Of a stretch of 56,125 nt of DNA, positions 19,583 to 29,295 are shown piece by piece. The stretch's first letter is position 1, and the number at the start of each line of letters is the position of its first letter. The notes beneath the pieces were generated by a model. That model ran no database searches. It was not told the DNA's origin and saw nothing but the letters and a program-made list of their open reading frames with translations. The stretch is taken from contig JACTTX010000009.1 of NCBI GenBank assembly GCA_015661005.1, positions 1 through 56,125 of the forward strand, in the 5' to 3' direction. Origin of the DNA: Candidatus Magasanikiibacteriota bacterium (GTDB lineage Bacteria > Patescibacteriota > Patescibacteriia > Magasanikbacterales > JACTTX01). Position numbers and translations under genes: made by a program.

Positions 19583-20671
19583 CTATACCACATTGCGCAT
19601 GGCCAGACCAATCGCGACGCTGAAACGCGGCCCGATCTGCTGTAAAACCGGCTTCAATGGCGCCGGCGCCGTCACCCGCGTCCACGGATCTCCAATGACA
19701 GTTTTCAGATTGTAGGTCTTTTCAATATACGCCGCCAGATGCGGAATCAAAGCCGAACCGCCGGTTAAAATAATGCGATCCGGACGGCGTTCCTCCACCA
19801 AATTCTGATCGGCAAACACTTCCATGGCATATTGAATTTCTTTCAAAATGGGCGAGACGGAATTTTCCAAGAGTGAAAAAAAACCGGCGTGATTGGGGTC
19901 ATGTTGCGCTGATTCCGCCAGATCAATCTTAAGCGGCCCGACTTCTTCCACTGAAACCCCCAACGCCTTGGCCAGCACCAAGTCAAAATTCCGGCCGCCC
20001 AATTCTATAGAACGGTCAATTCTGGGCACTCCGCGATCAACGACTAAAAAATTTGTCCGCTCCGCGCCAATGTCCACAATGACTTGCGCGTTCTGATCTT
20101 TTCCCACCAAGGCGCGGATTAAAGCGAACGATTCCGTTTCCAAACTATCCAGCGTCAAACCGGCGCCGGTGAAAATATCCGAGTACACCTGCACAACATT
20201 TTTTCTGGTGGCCGTCACGAGTAATTGTTCCACCCGCTCGGCCACACGCTTATCTCCGCCGTCGGTGAGAGGTATCTGACGGGTATCAAGCATGGCTTCA
20301 TCCAATGGAAAAGGGATAAGTTTTGAAACCTCGCGATTCACCACTTCTTGAAACTCTTTTTTAGCCACCTTGGGAATGGTGATGATGGCGCTAAACACCA
20401 TTGAAGCCGGCAAACTGGCGACCGCCATTTTGGAAACGGCTTTGGCTTGCTTAACCACAATAGCCAAACGACGCGCCTGTTCTTTGACCACCGGTAACGG
20501 ATCTTCTCCGGCGGAAAATTTAGCGCGAACCGGCGTCAACTCATCCGTGAATCCGTAAGTGCGGAGCTTGGCTTTACCGCCTACATTTTCCAGTTCCACA
20601 AGTTTGATGCCACCGGCGCCCAAATCAACACCCAGGAAGCTCGCGGATTTTTTTGATGGGAAAGGCCACAT
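19583..20671 (-). CDS. pilM: type IV pilus assembly protein PilM
   Basis: [34 protein letters not shown]. Confidence 0.92.
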   Translation of the reverse strand: MWPFPSKKSASFLGVDLGAGGIKLVELENVGGKAKLRTYGFTDELTPVRAKFSAGEDPLPVVKEQARRLAIVVKQAKAVSKMAVASLPASMVFSAIITIPKVAKKEFQEVVNREVSKLIPFPLDEAMLDTRQIPLTDGGDKRVAERVEQLLVTATRKNVVQVYSDIFTGAGLTLDSLETESFALIRALVGKDQNAQVIVDIGAERTNFLVVDRGVPRIDRSIELGGRNFDLVLAKALGVSVEEVGPLKIDLAESAQHDPNHAGFFSLLENSVSPILKEIQYAMEVFADQNLVEERRPDRIILTGGSALIPHLAAYIEKTYNLKTVIGDPWTRVTAPAPLKPVLQQIGPRFSVAIGLAMRNVV

Positions 20672-20690
20672 AGTAAAGATAACAGATAAC

Positions 20691-20721
20691 ATTGTATCAC
20701 AATGGTCAAAAAGGGTACAAT
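20691..20721. promoter_or_regulatory. overlapping divergent promoters for pilM and cysS
   Basis: TACAAT on both strands (20691-20696 minus, 20716-20721 plus), each overlapping the other's TTGTA -35-like box with an 18-nt spacer. Confidence 0.55.
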
Positions 20722-20727
20722 TGAAGC

Positions 20728-22182
20728 ATGCTAAAATTATTCAACACCCTCACCAGAAAAATTTCACCCTTCACTCCACTGCGGCCCGGACGCGTTGGTC
20801 TTTATACCTGCGGACCCACGGTTTATGACTATGCGCACATCGGCAATTTGCGAACATATATTTTTGAGGACGTTTTACGTCGGGCCTTGGAGCACGATGG
20901 TCTCCGCGTGAAGCATGTGATGAACATCACGGACGTCGGGCATCTGACGGATGCCGATACGCGCGGCGATGTTGGCGCCGATAAAATAGAAAAAGCGGCG
21001 GCCGCGGCCGGAAAGGGCGCCAAAGAGATTGCGGCTTTTTATACCAAAGCATTTTTTACCGATACTCGCGCCCTAAATATTTTAAAACCAAACGTTGTTT
21101 GCGCGGCCACGTCGTATATAAAAGAGCAAATCGCCCTCATAAAAAAATTGAAAGCCCGCGGTTTTACCTACAAAACCGGCGACGGTATTTATTTTGACAC
21201 CGGCAAATTGCGTGATTACGGACGCCTGGCGCGATTGGACATTGGCGGTTTAGAAGCAGGCGCGCGCGTGCCCATGAGCGCGGAAAAAAGAAATCTAACC
21301 GACTTTGCGCTTTGGAAATTCTCACCCCCGGGAAGTAAACGACAAATGGAATGGCTATCACCGTGGGGCGTAGGATTTCCGGGCTGGCATATTGAATGCT
21401 CGGCCATGAGCGTCAAATTTTTGGGGCAGCCGTTTGATATTCACACCGGCGGCATTGATCTGATCCCGGTGCATCACACCAATGAGATCGCGCAATCGGA
21501 AGCGGCCACCGGCAAACCTTTGGCGAAATTTTGGATGCACGGCGCTTTTCTCTTGATTGACGCCAAGCGGATGGGAAAATCCGAAAGAAATTTTTTAACG
21601 CTTAGCGCCTTGAGCAATCAAGGCATGAACCCGCTCGCTTACCGTTATTTTGTTTTGGGCGCGCATTACAGAAGCGAGCTCAATTTTTCTTTGCCCGCTC
21701 TGCAAGCGGCGCAAAATGGTTTGGCGCGGCTTTATCGCGCCGCCAGCGGGCTCGGCGTGTTCTCGCCCCGCAACCTTGAACGAAACGGTCGCGGGGTCAA
21801 GACACACCTGCGCCCGCCTGCGTCGGTGACGCCGTTTGTGAAAAAATTTTGGAACGCGATCAATAATGATTTAAACACGCCAACGGCGTTGGCCGCGCTT
21901 TGGGAAATGTTGGCTTCAGACGGCGCACCCAAAGAAAAATTGAAGGCGCTCCGTGAGTTTGATGAAATTCTCGGCTTGGATATTTTGAAATCAGCGCGGC
22001 GCTTGGCCAAAGAAGAGAAAAAAATTCCGGCGGCTGTGCGGCGGCTGATGGCGAATCGTGAAAAAGCGCGGGCGGAAAAAAATTGGAAACGCGCCGATGC
22101 GCTCCGGCAAAAAATTTTGAGGCATGGATTTTTCGTGATGGATACGCCAGAAGGATCGGTGTTAGAAAAACGCCGGAAGTGA
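20728..22182 (+). CDS. cysS: cysteine--tRNA ligase
   Basis: [38 protein letters not shown]. Confidence 0.97.
   Translation: MLKLFNTLTRKISPFTPLRPGRVGLYTCGPTVYDYAHIGNLRTYIFEDVLRRALEHDGLRVKHVMNITDVGHLTDADTRGDVGADKIEKAAAAAGKGAKEIAAFYTKAFFTDTRALNILKPNVVCAATSYIKEQIALIKKLKARGFTYKTGDGIYFDTGKLRDYGRLARLDIGGLEAGARVPMSAEKRNLTDFALWKFSPPGSKRQMEWLSPWGVGFPGWHIECSAMSVKFLGQPFDIHTGGIDLIPVHHTNEIAQSEAATGKPLAKFWMHGAFLLIDAKRMGKSERNFLTLSALSNQGMNPLAYRYFVLGAHYRSELNFSLPALQAAQNGLARLYRAASGLGVFSPRNLERNGRGVKTHLRPPASVTPFVKKFWNAINNDLNTPTALAALWEMLASDGAPKEKLKALREFDEILGLDILKSARRLAKEEKKIPAAVRRLMANREKARAEKNWKRADALRQKILRHGFFVMDTPEGSVLEKRRK
21746..21817. repeat. family-C hairpin element, in frame inside cysS (72 nt)
   Basis: GCGGGCTCGGCGTGT..CGAAACGGTCGCGGGG..GACACACCTGCGCCCGC. 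Confidence 0.85.
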
Positions 22183-22226
22183 TATAATCCGGATGTTGTT
22201 TGTTATATGTTGTCTGTTGTCTTCCT

Positions 22227-22700
22227 ATGCCTGACGAACTGAAACCACTGGCCCGCGTTGAAACGCCGACGCCCGGGCCGGAAATGACACCCGCGCCGGA
22301 ACAACCGGAAGAAATTCCGGAGACCATACCGGAAACGCCGGCAATGCCGGTTAAAGAAACCGCCGCGGAAGCCGCTCCCCTGCCAACGCCGGTTCAAATC
22401 GCGCCGCCAAGACGCCCAATACCTCACCCCAAAGATGAGGAGACCCTTAAAATAGAAAACATTTTGGAAGAGGATTTAGCGGATCTTTACAAACAAATGT
22501 CGCCGGAAAAACAAAAGGCCTTTGCGGAACGCGGAGAAACGGTCACACGTCGTATTAAAGAGATGCTGATGAAAGGCGTCCGGCACGCTAAAAAAATTCT
22601 GGAGATGATTATTGAGTGGCTCAAAATGATCCCGGGCGTCAATAAATTTTTTCTGGAACAGGAAGCCAAAATCAAAGCTGACAAAATTATGAAGCTCTAA
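22227..22700 (+). CDS. hypothetical protein with Pro/Glu-rich N-terminus
   Basis: ORF ends 6 nt before the ATPase; helical C-terminus WLKMIPGVNKFFLEQEAKIK. Confidence 0.8.
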   Translation: MPDELKPLARVETPTPGPEMTPAPEQPEEIPETIPETPAMPVKETAAEAAPLPTPVQIAPPRRPIPHPKDEETLKIENILEEDLADLYKQMSPEKQKAFAERGETVTRRIKEMLMKGVRHAKKILEMIIEWLKMIPGVNKFFLEQEAKIKADKIMKL

Positions 22701-22706
22701 AATTGT

Positions 22707-25214
22707 ATGTTTCCGCTCTTTGATCTCCCGCTCTTACAACTCGCCGGACTGGCGCAAGTTCAGGAAGAAGCCACTGGTAACGGCCTATCGTTTGGTTCAT
22801 CTTTCGGCGTGCCGGGTTTGGGAGCGCCGCTTTTAATGGCGCTCTACTTTATTGTCGGGCTGGCTATTTTGGTCGGTATTTTTTTTATTCTGCGCGCCGT
22901 TCTGCGCCATGTCTCGGAACGCAACGCCTCCTTCAATCAAGTTCTCTTGATGGTATTGGTGCCCAAGCAGGTTAAAAAGGAAAATGAACAGACGAATAAC
23001 ATTAACGCCGTGCGGGAAAAAATCGCCACGGCGGAAACATTTTTTACTTCCATCGGCGCTTTGAAAGCGCAAAAACATTTAGGCGCATGGCTTTTGGGAA
23101 GAGATGACCAGTTCGCTTTTGAAATCGTGGCCAAAGACGGCGTGATAACTTTTTACGCGGCTTGTCCCAAAAAATTTCAACAATTTATAGAACAGCAAAT
23201 TGTGGCGCAGTGGCCGGACGCCCAGCTTGAAGAAGTGACGGATTATAATATTTTTTCCAAGACCGGAACAATTTATAGCGCTTATCTGAAATTTGCCCGG
23301 GCCGACGCTTATCCGCTCAAAACATTCAAAACCTTGGACGCTGATCCCTTGAGCGGACTCACCAATTCCATGTCCAAAGTAACGGCCGAAGACGGCGCGG
23401 CCATTCAGTTTATTGTCCGCTCGGCGCGTAAGAAATGGCGCGCCAAGGGTTTGCAGATGGCCAAGGAAATGCAAAAAGGCAAAAAACCGAAAGAGGGCGA
23501 GCCGCAAGTTCAGCTCACACCAATGGAGCAGGACACCATCAAAGCCATTCAAGAAAAAGCCGGCAAGGCCGGCGTGGATGTTAACGTTCGCGTCATTGTT
23601 TCCTCGGAAGATGAGACCCGCGCCAAACTTAATTTGGAAAATATTTTGGGATCGTTTGGACAATTTAATTTGTATCAGACCGGCAACACTCTCAAAAGTC
23701 ACGTCCCCTCGCGCTCGGCGCACTTGATCCGCGATTTTGTTTATCGCGCTTTCAATGAGAAGCAGAAAAATATTTTGAACACGGAAGAAATAGCGAGCAT
23801 GTTCCACTTCCCTTTGCCCTCCACGGAAACGCCGAATATCCGCTGGCTCATGGCGCGCAAAGCGCCGGCGCCGGTCAATACGCCGACAACCGGGGTCATC
23901 ATCGGACACTCCATGTATCGCGGGACGGATACGATTATTCGCATGCTCCCGCAAGACCGCCGCCGCCATTTCTACGTCATTGGAAAATCCGGCTCCGGTA
24001 AAACCACGGTTTTGAAACAAATGGCTATTCAAGATATTGAAAACGGTCAAGGGGTGTGTGTGGTTGATCCCCACGGTGATTTTGTGGAGGATGTTTTGGC
24101 CAACATTCCCAAAGAGCGTGTTGATGATGTGATTGTTTTTGATCCCTCGGACGTAGAACGGCCGGTTGGTTTGAATATGTTGGAGGCAAAAAATCCTGAT
24201 CAACGCGATTTCCTGGTGCAAGAAATGATTTCCGTTTTCTACAAACTTTTCCCGCCGGAAATGATGGGCCCGATGTTTGAACACAATATGCGGAACGTGA
24301 TGCTGACCTTGATGTCGGACACGGACAATCCCGGGACGCTGGCGGAAATTCCGCGGATGTTTTCCGACACCGATTTTCAAAACCAGTGGGTTGCCAAAGT
24401 GACGGATCCGGTGGTGCGCGCTTTCTGGGAAAAAGAAATGGCCAAGACCTCGGACTTTCACAAATCGGAGATGCTCGGGTATCTGATTTCCAAAGTCGGA
24501 CGCTTTGTGGAAAATGAAATGATGCGAAACATCATCGGTCAAGCGCGTTCTGGTTTTGATTTGCGAGAAATAATGGACACTAAAAAAATTCTTCTCGTCA
24601 ATCTGGCCAAAGGAAAAGTCGGTGAGGTCAACGCCAATCTGCTCGGGCTCATTATCGTGTCCAAATTGCAAATGGCGGCCTTCACCCGCGCCGAACTGCC
24701 GGAAGAAGAACGCCATGATTTCTTCCTTTACATTGACGAGTTCCAGAATTTCATCACCCCGTCCATTGCCACGATTCTTTCCGAGGCCCGCAAGTACCGT
24801 TTGAATTTGCAGATCGCTCATCAATATATGGCGCAGTTGGTGGATAAGGGCGATGCATCTATTCGTGACGCGGTCTTGGGCAACGTGGGCACCATGGCCA
24901 TCTTCCGCATTGGCGTTGAAGACGCGGAAATTCTGGCCAAAGAATTCGCGCCAACTTTTGGCGCTTATGATTTGGTGAATGTGGAAGCGCGCACGGCTTT
25001 TGTAAAACTTTTGATTGACAGCACCGCGGCCGTGCCTTTCACCATGCAGACCTATCCGCCGCGCCATGGTAATCGTGAACTGGCGGAAGCCATCAAAGAA
25101 TTATCACGATTAAAATACGGCCGACATAAAAAATTGGTGGAGATGGAAATTTTGGAGCGCACGCAGTTGGGAGAAACCGCGCCAGAACCGGAAGCGGTAC
25201 CGCCGAGTTTGTAG
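22707..25214 (+). CDS. membrane-anchored VirB4/VirD4(TraG)/HerA-like P-loop ATPase
   Basis: N-terminal TM, RRRHFYVIGKSGSGKT, DPHGD, LYIDEFQNF, LSEARKY. Confidence 0.88.
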   Translation: MFPLFDLPLLQLAGLAQVQEEATGNGLSFGSSFGVPGLGAPLLMALYFIVGLAILVGIFFILRAVLRHVSERNASFNQVLLMVLVPKQVKKENEQTNNINAVREKIATAETFFTSIGALKAQKHLGAWLLGRDDQFAFEIVAKDGVITFYAACPKKFQQFIEQQIVAQWPDAQLEEVTDYNIFSKTGTIYSAYLKFARADAYPLKTFKTLDADPLSGLTNSMSKVTAEDGAAIQFIVRSARKKWRAKGLQMAKEMQKGKKPKEGEPQVQLTPMEQDTIKAIQEKAGKAGVDVNVRVIVSSEDETRAKLNLENILGSFGQFNLYQTGNTLKSHVPSRSAHLIRDFVYRAFNEKQKNILNTEEIASMFHFPLPSTETPNIRWLMARKAPAPVNTPTTGVIIGHSMYRGTDTIIRMLPQDRRRHFYVIGKSGSGKTTVLKQMAIQDIENGQGVCVVDPHGDFVEDVLANIPKERVDDVIVFDPSDVERPVGLNMLEAKNPDQRDFLVQEMISVFYKLFPPEMMGPMFEHNMRNVMLTLMSDTDNPGTLAEIPRMFSDTDFQNQWVAKVTDPVVRAFWEKEMAKTSDFHKSEMLGYLISKVGRFVENEMMRNIIGQARSGFDLREIMDTKKILLVNLAKGKVGEVNANLLGLIIVSKLQMAAFTRAELPEEERHDFFLYIDEFQNFITPSIATILSEARKYRLNLQIAHQYMAQLVDKGDASIRDAVLGNVGTMAIFRIGVEDAEILAKEFAPTFGAYDLVNVEARTAFVKLLIDSTAAVPFTMQTYPPRHGNRELAEAIKELSRLKYGRHKKLVEMEILERTQLGETAPEPEAVPPSL

Positions 25215-25264
25215 AATGGGGACAGTTATCTTGGGGAAAGCTACCTTCGACGCTTGTCCCTATT
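25215..25264. repeat. degenerate family-B hairpin right after the stop codon
   Basis: AATGGGGACAGTT...TTGTCCCTATT. Confidence 0.6.
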
Positions 25265-25332
25265 TATTTAACATTTGAGCCACTGAAGTCACTGGTTTAT
25301 TTTTTACGTCTGCGCTACAATGTTCAGGCACT

Positions 25333-26961
25333 ATGTCTTCTCTCTACCGCAAACATCGTCCGCAATCGTGGTCAGAAATGATTGGTCAGGATCACGTCCG
25401 GCACGCTCTCACCCAAGAAATTATGAGTAACCGGGTGAACCACGCTTATTTATTTTCCGGATCGCGGGGCTTGGGAAAAACCACCACCGCGCGCTTGTTG
25501 GCCAAGGCCGTGAACTGCGCCGGACGCGTTGACGGCGCCTATGAACCGTGTAATGAATGCGTAAGTTGTGTCGCAATCACTAAAGGATGCGATTTAGACG
25601 TCATTGAAATTGACGCCGCCTCGCAAAGCGGCGTTGACAATGTCCGGGAAACAATTATTGACAATAGCCGCCAACTGCCAACGCGGAGCGCCAAGAAAAT
25701 CTTCATCATTGATGAAGTCCATATGCTTTCCAACGCCGCTTTCAACGCTCTTTTGAAAACATTGGAAGAACCGCCGTCGCATGTGCTGTTTATTTTGGCC
25801 ACTACGGAACTGCACAAACTGCCGGAAACAATTCTCTCCAGATGCGAACGCTTTACTTTTGATCGCGCGCGTCCGGAAACAATCAAGGCGCGACTAACGG
25901 ACATTGCCACCAAGGAAGGAGTCGCCATCGCACCAACCGTTCTTGAACGTTTGGCGCGCGCCGGTAACGGATCATTCCGCGATGCGGAAAGCATCCTTGG
26001 TCAATTGTTGAGTGCGGGAGATGGATCAGTGATTACGGATGAGGCCGCCACGATGATCTTACCGCCGAACATCACGGCTGATGTGGCGCGGTGGCTGGAA
26101 CGCGCGCTCTCCGGAGATGCCTCGGTTGCGCTCGCTGTTTTAACGGCGCTCACGGAGCGCGGAATTGACGCTAAAATTATTGCTATGGAGGCGATTGAAC
26201 TCACGCGGTTAGCCGTGAAAATTCGCGCCAAAGCCGGAGCGAGCAATGAGTTAGGAAATGAGACCGCGGCGGTTTTAGAAACACTATCAGCATTGTCGGC
26301 CAAAATTTTGGTGGCCACGATGGATATTTTATTCAAACGCCGCAGTGAAATTGGCAACGCGCCAATTGCCATTCTGCCCTTGGAAATGGCAACACTGGAA
26401 TTGACGGAATTGACTGCGGCAGGGGCAGATGGACCAGACGGGCGCAGGTATGTCACGGATCGAGGCGATTCCGTTTCGCTCGCCGAGAGACGGGACATAC
26501 CGAGCCCGTTAGATCCGTCCGCGCAAGCGCCCGCCAAACAAAATTTGAACGAAATCATTGAATCACTGCGGACAAAACCTGCTGATGTCGTTGCACCGTC
26601 ATCGGCAGTAGAAAACAATGACACAAATGTCTCATTAGATGAAGTAAAAAATCGTTGGAACGAATGCATTGCCGAAGTGGAAAAAATCAACAATTCTCTG
26701 CCCATCATTTTGGGCGCGATGCAACCGCGGAACGTGGAGAACGGGATGCTCACTTTGGAAACGCGGTTTCCGTTTCATCGTGAAAAAGTGACGGAGCTTA
26801 AAAACCGTTCATTGATTGAAGATGTTTTGCGCCGACTCTGCGGCGGACGCGTCAGTATTCGCTGTGAACTTACGCCTATCGTGGCGCCAATTACGGTTGA
26901 CAATTCCGAGCCAATCGTCAATACTCTGCTCGAAACTTTCGGCGGAAGAGTGATTGAATAG
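25333..26961 (+). CDS. dnaX: DNA polymerase III subunit gamma/tau
   Basis: LYRKHRPQ, GSRGLGKTT, EIDAAS, IIDEVHML, LKTLEEPP, SRC. Confidence 0.96.
   Translation: MSSLYRKHRPQSWSEMIGQDHVRHALTQEIMSNRVNHAYLFSGSRGLGKTTTARLLAKAVNCAGRVDGAYEPCNECVSCVAITKGCDLDVIEIDAASQSGVDNVRETIIDNSRQLPTRSAKKIFIIDEVHMLSNAAFNALLKTLEEPPSHVLFILATTELHKLPETILSRCERFTFDRARPETIKARLTDIATKEGVAIAPTVLERLARAGNGSFRDAESILGQLLSAGDGSVITDEAATMILPPNITADVARWLERALSGDASVALAVLTALTERGIDAKIIAMEAIELTRLAVKIRAKAGASNELGNETAAVLETLSALSAKILVATMDILFKRRSEIGNAPIAILPLEMATLELTELTAAGADGPDGRRYVTDRGDSVSLAERRDIPSPLDPSAQAPAKQNLNEIIESLRTKPADVVAPSSAVENNDTNVSLDEVKNRWNECIAEVEKINNSLPIILGAMQPRNVENGMLTLETRFPFHREKVTELKNRSLIEDVLRRLCGGRVSIRCELTPIVAPITVDNSEPIVNTLLETFGGRVIE
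26438..26509. repeat. family-C hairpin element, in frame inside dnaX (72 nt, reverse orientation)
   Basis: Reverse complement reads ACGGGCTCGGTATGTC..CGAAACGG..GATCCGTGACATACCTGCGCCCGT. Confidence 0.85.
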
Positions 26962-27117
26962 AGGGTTCGTGCTCCGTCCACATTAATATCCAGTTCTCAA
27001 TCACATAAACGCGCCCACTGCGATCACATTAACGCGCCCCCGTGCGGTGGAGAGCCAGAGAACCGATGGTTCCCTAAGAAGGGGGTCCGGGGGCGCGAGG
27101 ATTCATAGAAGCAATGT

Positions 27118-27191
27118 TCCGGGATCGTCTAATGGTAGGACAGCAGCCTCTGAAGCTGTTTATCCTGGTTCGAATCCAGGTCCCGGAGCCA
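27118..27191 (+). tRNA. tRNA-Gln(CTG), encoded CCA
   Basis: TCCGGGA/TCCCGGA acceptor stem, loop CTCTGAA, GGTTCGAATCC. Confidence 0.96.
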
Positions 27192-27325
27192 GAGAATTGC
27201 GACACACCGTAGGTGTGGCGCAATTCTCTGCGGGAACTGGATTCGAACGGGAGGGGTTTGGGGAACGGGAGTTCCCCACTTATTCCGGGGGAGAGTCGGA
27301 GAGGGGCGGAAGCCCCTCTCCGAAG
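27191..27325. repeat. hairpin cluster behind tRNA-Gln, including an inverted copy of its T-arm
   Basis: AGAGAATTGCG..CGCAATTCTCT; 27231-27248 is antisense to 27168-27185 (17/18); TCGGAGAGGGGC..GCCCCTCTCCGA. Confidence 0.8.
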
Positions 27326-27361
27326 CGAGTCGCAGACGATGCCAGACACTTTCTAAACAAT

Positions 27362-28039
27362 ATGCCCAAACCAATCGCTGTCTTTGACATTGACGGCACC
27401 TTATTTAGAAGCGCCTTAGAGGCCGAGCTCAATTTGGCCATGGTTGAATACGGTTTGTTTCCTAAAATAGTGAAAGAAGAGTTAGACACCTCTTTCAAGG
27501 CGTGGGTGAATCGCCAAGGATCATATAATGATTACCTGATGAAATTAGTGGAAGTTTTTGAAAAACGCCTGGCCGGCATCTCCGAGGAAGATGTTCGTAT
27601 CGTTTCCGAGCTGGTGATGAGAGACCAACGCGATCGCGTTTATGTTTGGCCGCGCGATTTCATAAAAAAACTTAGGGCTACGCACAAGCTAATTGCCATT
27701 TCCGGCGCACCGCAAATAATTTTGGATGAGTTCAACAAATATTGGCGCTTTGATTATGTTTATGGCACAATTTTTGAAACCAAAAACGGTATCTTCACCG
27801 GAAAACAGGCCGTTGCTCCCTGGCGGGATAAAAAACGCGCTCTTCTAAATTGCGTCAAAAAAAATCGTCTCTCGCTTAAAAAATCCATCGGTGTCGGCGA
27901 CACGGAAATTGACATTCCCCTCTTGCAAACCGTGGAACAGCCGATTGCTTTTAATCCAAATCTCGCGCTTTATCAGGCGGCAAAAAAACGCGGCTGGGAA
28001 GTTATTGTGGAAAGAAAAAACGTGATTTACGAATTATAA
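27362..28039 (+). CDS. HAD-IB family (SerB-like) phosphatase
   Basis: FDIDGT, ISG, K, GDTEID motifs; start at MPKP. Confidence 0.88.
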   Translation: MPKPIAVFDIDGTLFRSALEAELNLAMVEYGLFPKIVKEELDTSFKAWVNRQGSYNDYLMKLVEVFEKRLAGISEEDVRIVSELVMRDQRDRVYVWPRDFIKKLRATHKLIAISGAPQIILDEFNKYWRFDYVYGTIFETKNGIFTGKQAVAPWRDKKRALLNCVKKNRLSLKKSIGVGDTEIDIPLLQTVEQPIAFNPNLALYQAAKKRGWEVIVERKNVIYEL

Positions 28040-28075
28040 ATGTCGCCTAGCGGCATTGGCGGGGGTGAATTTTTT

Positions 28076-29047
28076 TTAAGTCGATAATTTTTGCGCCGCC
28101 TCCAGCACTTTTCCCACCTCGGCCAAACTTGTGACGCGAACCGCCTGATTGCGCAAATCCCGCGCCTTGGCGAGTCCTTTGAAATACCAACTCAAGTGCT
28201 TGCGAAAACTGACAATTCCGCCCGGCCCATAATGAGCAACGTGAAGTTCAGCGTGTCGCAAAATAACGCGGCGCTTGGCAAAAATATCCGGTTGGGTTAA
28301 GACACGCCCGTGCGTCAAAAGTTCCCGCGCCTGCTTAAAAATCCACGGATTTCCCAAGGCGCCGCGGGCGATCAAAACACCGGCGGCGCCGGTGGCGGCC
28401 AAAGCCGCCCAAACTTTTTCCGGCGTATTAATATCACCATTCGCCAAAACCGGAATTTTCACCTGCGCTCGGGCGCGTCCGATCATTTCCCAATCCGATA
28501 CACCGCTATAATTCTGCGTGCGCGTGCGGCCGTGAATGGTGATGAGCGCCGCCCCGGCATCCTCCAAAATTTTTACAAATTCCAAACATTCATCGGGACG
28601 GGACCAGCCCAGACGAATTTTTACGGAAACTGGAACATTAACCGCGGAGCAAACCGCCCGCACAATTTTCGCGGCCAGTGGCGGATCTTTCATCAAACAA
28701 GCGCCGTTAAAATTGGAGACCATTTTGTAGACCGGACAACCCATATTTATATCAATGCCGTCCGGAGAAAACTTCTCCATAATTTTTGCCGCCGCTTCAG
28801 CCATCACCTCCGGGTCATTGCCAAAAATCTGCTGGATGATCGGCCGCTCCACGTCATCAAACGCCGCCATTCCCCAAGTTTTTTCATTTTCACGAAAAAT
28901 GGCCTCGGATGAGACCATTTCTCTAAAAACAACTGCCGCGCCGATCTCTTTTACAATCCGGCAAAACGGCGAATCCGTCATATCCGCCATTGGCGAAAGC
29001 GCGATAATCGGACGCGGGAACGCTGCCCAGGAAAATTTACTCGTCAT
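28076..29047 (-). CDS. dusB: tRNA-dihydrouridine synthase
   Basis: LSPMA, QQIFG, IDINMGCP, VKIRLG, IHGRT, NGDI, RGALGNPWIF. Confidence 0.92.
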   Translation of the reverse strand: MTSKFSWAAFPRPIIALSPMADMTDSPFCRIVKEIGAAVVFREMVSSEAIFRENEKTWGMAAFDDVERPIIQQIFGNDPEVMAEAAAKIMEKFSPDGIDINMGCPVYKMVSNFNGACLMKDPPLAAKIVRAVCSAVNVPVSVKIRLGWSRPDECLEFVKILEDAGAALITIHGRTRTQNYSGVSDWEMIGRARAQVKIPVLANGDINTPEKVWAALAATGAAGVLIARGALGNPWIFKQARELLTHGRVLTQPDIFAKRRVILRHAELHVAHYGPGGIVSFRKHLSWYFKGLAKARDLRNQAVRVTSLAEVGKVLEAAQKLST

Positions 29048-29177
29048 TATCATCATCCGTATCATCACTCCCTTTACCAAACCCCAAACCGCTTTCCTCA
29101 TCATCCTCCCCCAACGGGTCTTTCTCCTTCTCCTCATCTTCCGTAAACTCGTCTTCGCTTTTTACAAAATATCCCAT
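29037..29177 (-). CDS. small highly acidic protein (46 aa)
   Basis: MGYFVKSEDEF...DDDNDE; has an upstream promoter; stop overlaps the dusB start. Confidence 0.55.
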   Translation of the reverse strand: MGYFVKSEDEFTEDEEKEKDPLGEDDEESGLGFGKGSDDTDDDNDE

Positions 29178-29206
29178 ATTTAGAATGATTGTTTTTCTTG
29201 TTGGAC

Positions 29207-29259
29207 ATACTACACGAGCCCAAAAATCTTTGCAAGATGTCATCAACCGGTTATCCACA
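29207..29259 (-). promoter_or_regulatory. sigma70 promoter with upstream DnaA box
   Basis: TTGCAA-17-TAGTAT; TTATCCACA at 29251-29259. Confidence 0.55.
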
Positions 29260-29295
29260 CCCCCTCGTAACCCCTCCGTCTTATCGGAAATCGTG

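Noticed and set aside
23079-25067. 662-aa antisense ORF over the ATPase, and other long antisense ORFs such as 12745-13476 and 35036-35791
   Set aside because: They are shadows of real genes on the opposite strand with no motifs of their own.
25333-26961. Programmed -1 frameshift in dnaX using the internal hairpin
   Set aside because: No A-AAA-AAG type slippery heptamer precedes the hairpin, which is better explained as a family-C element.
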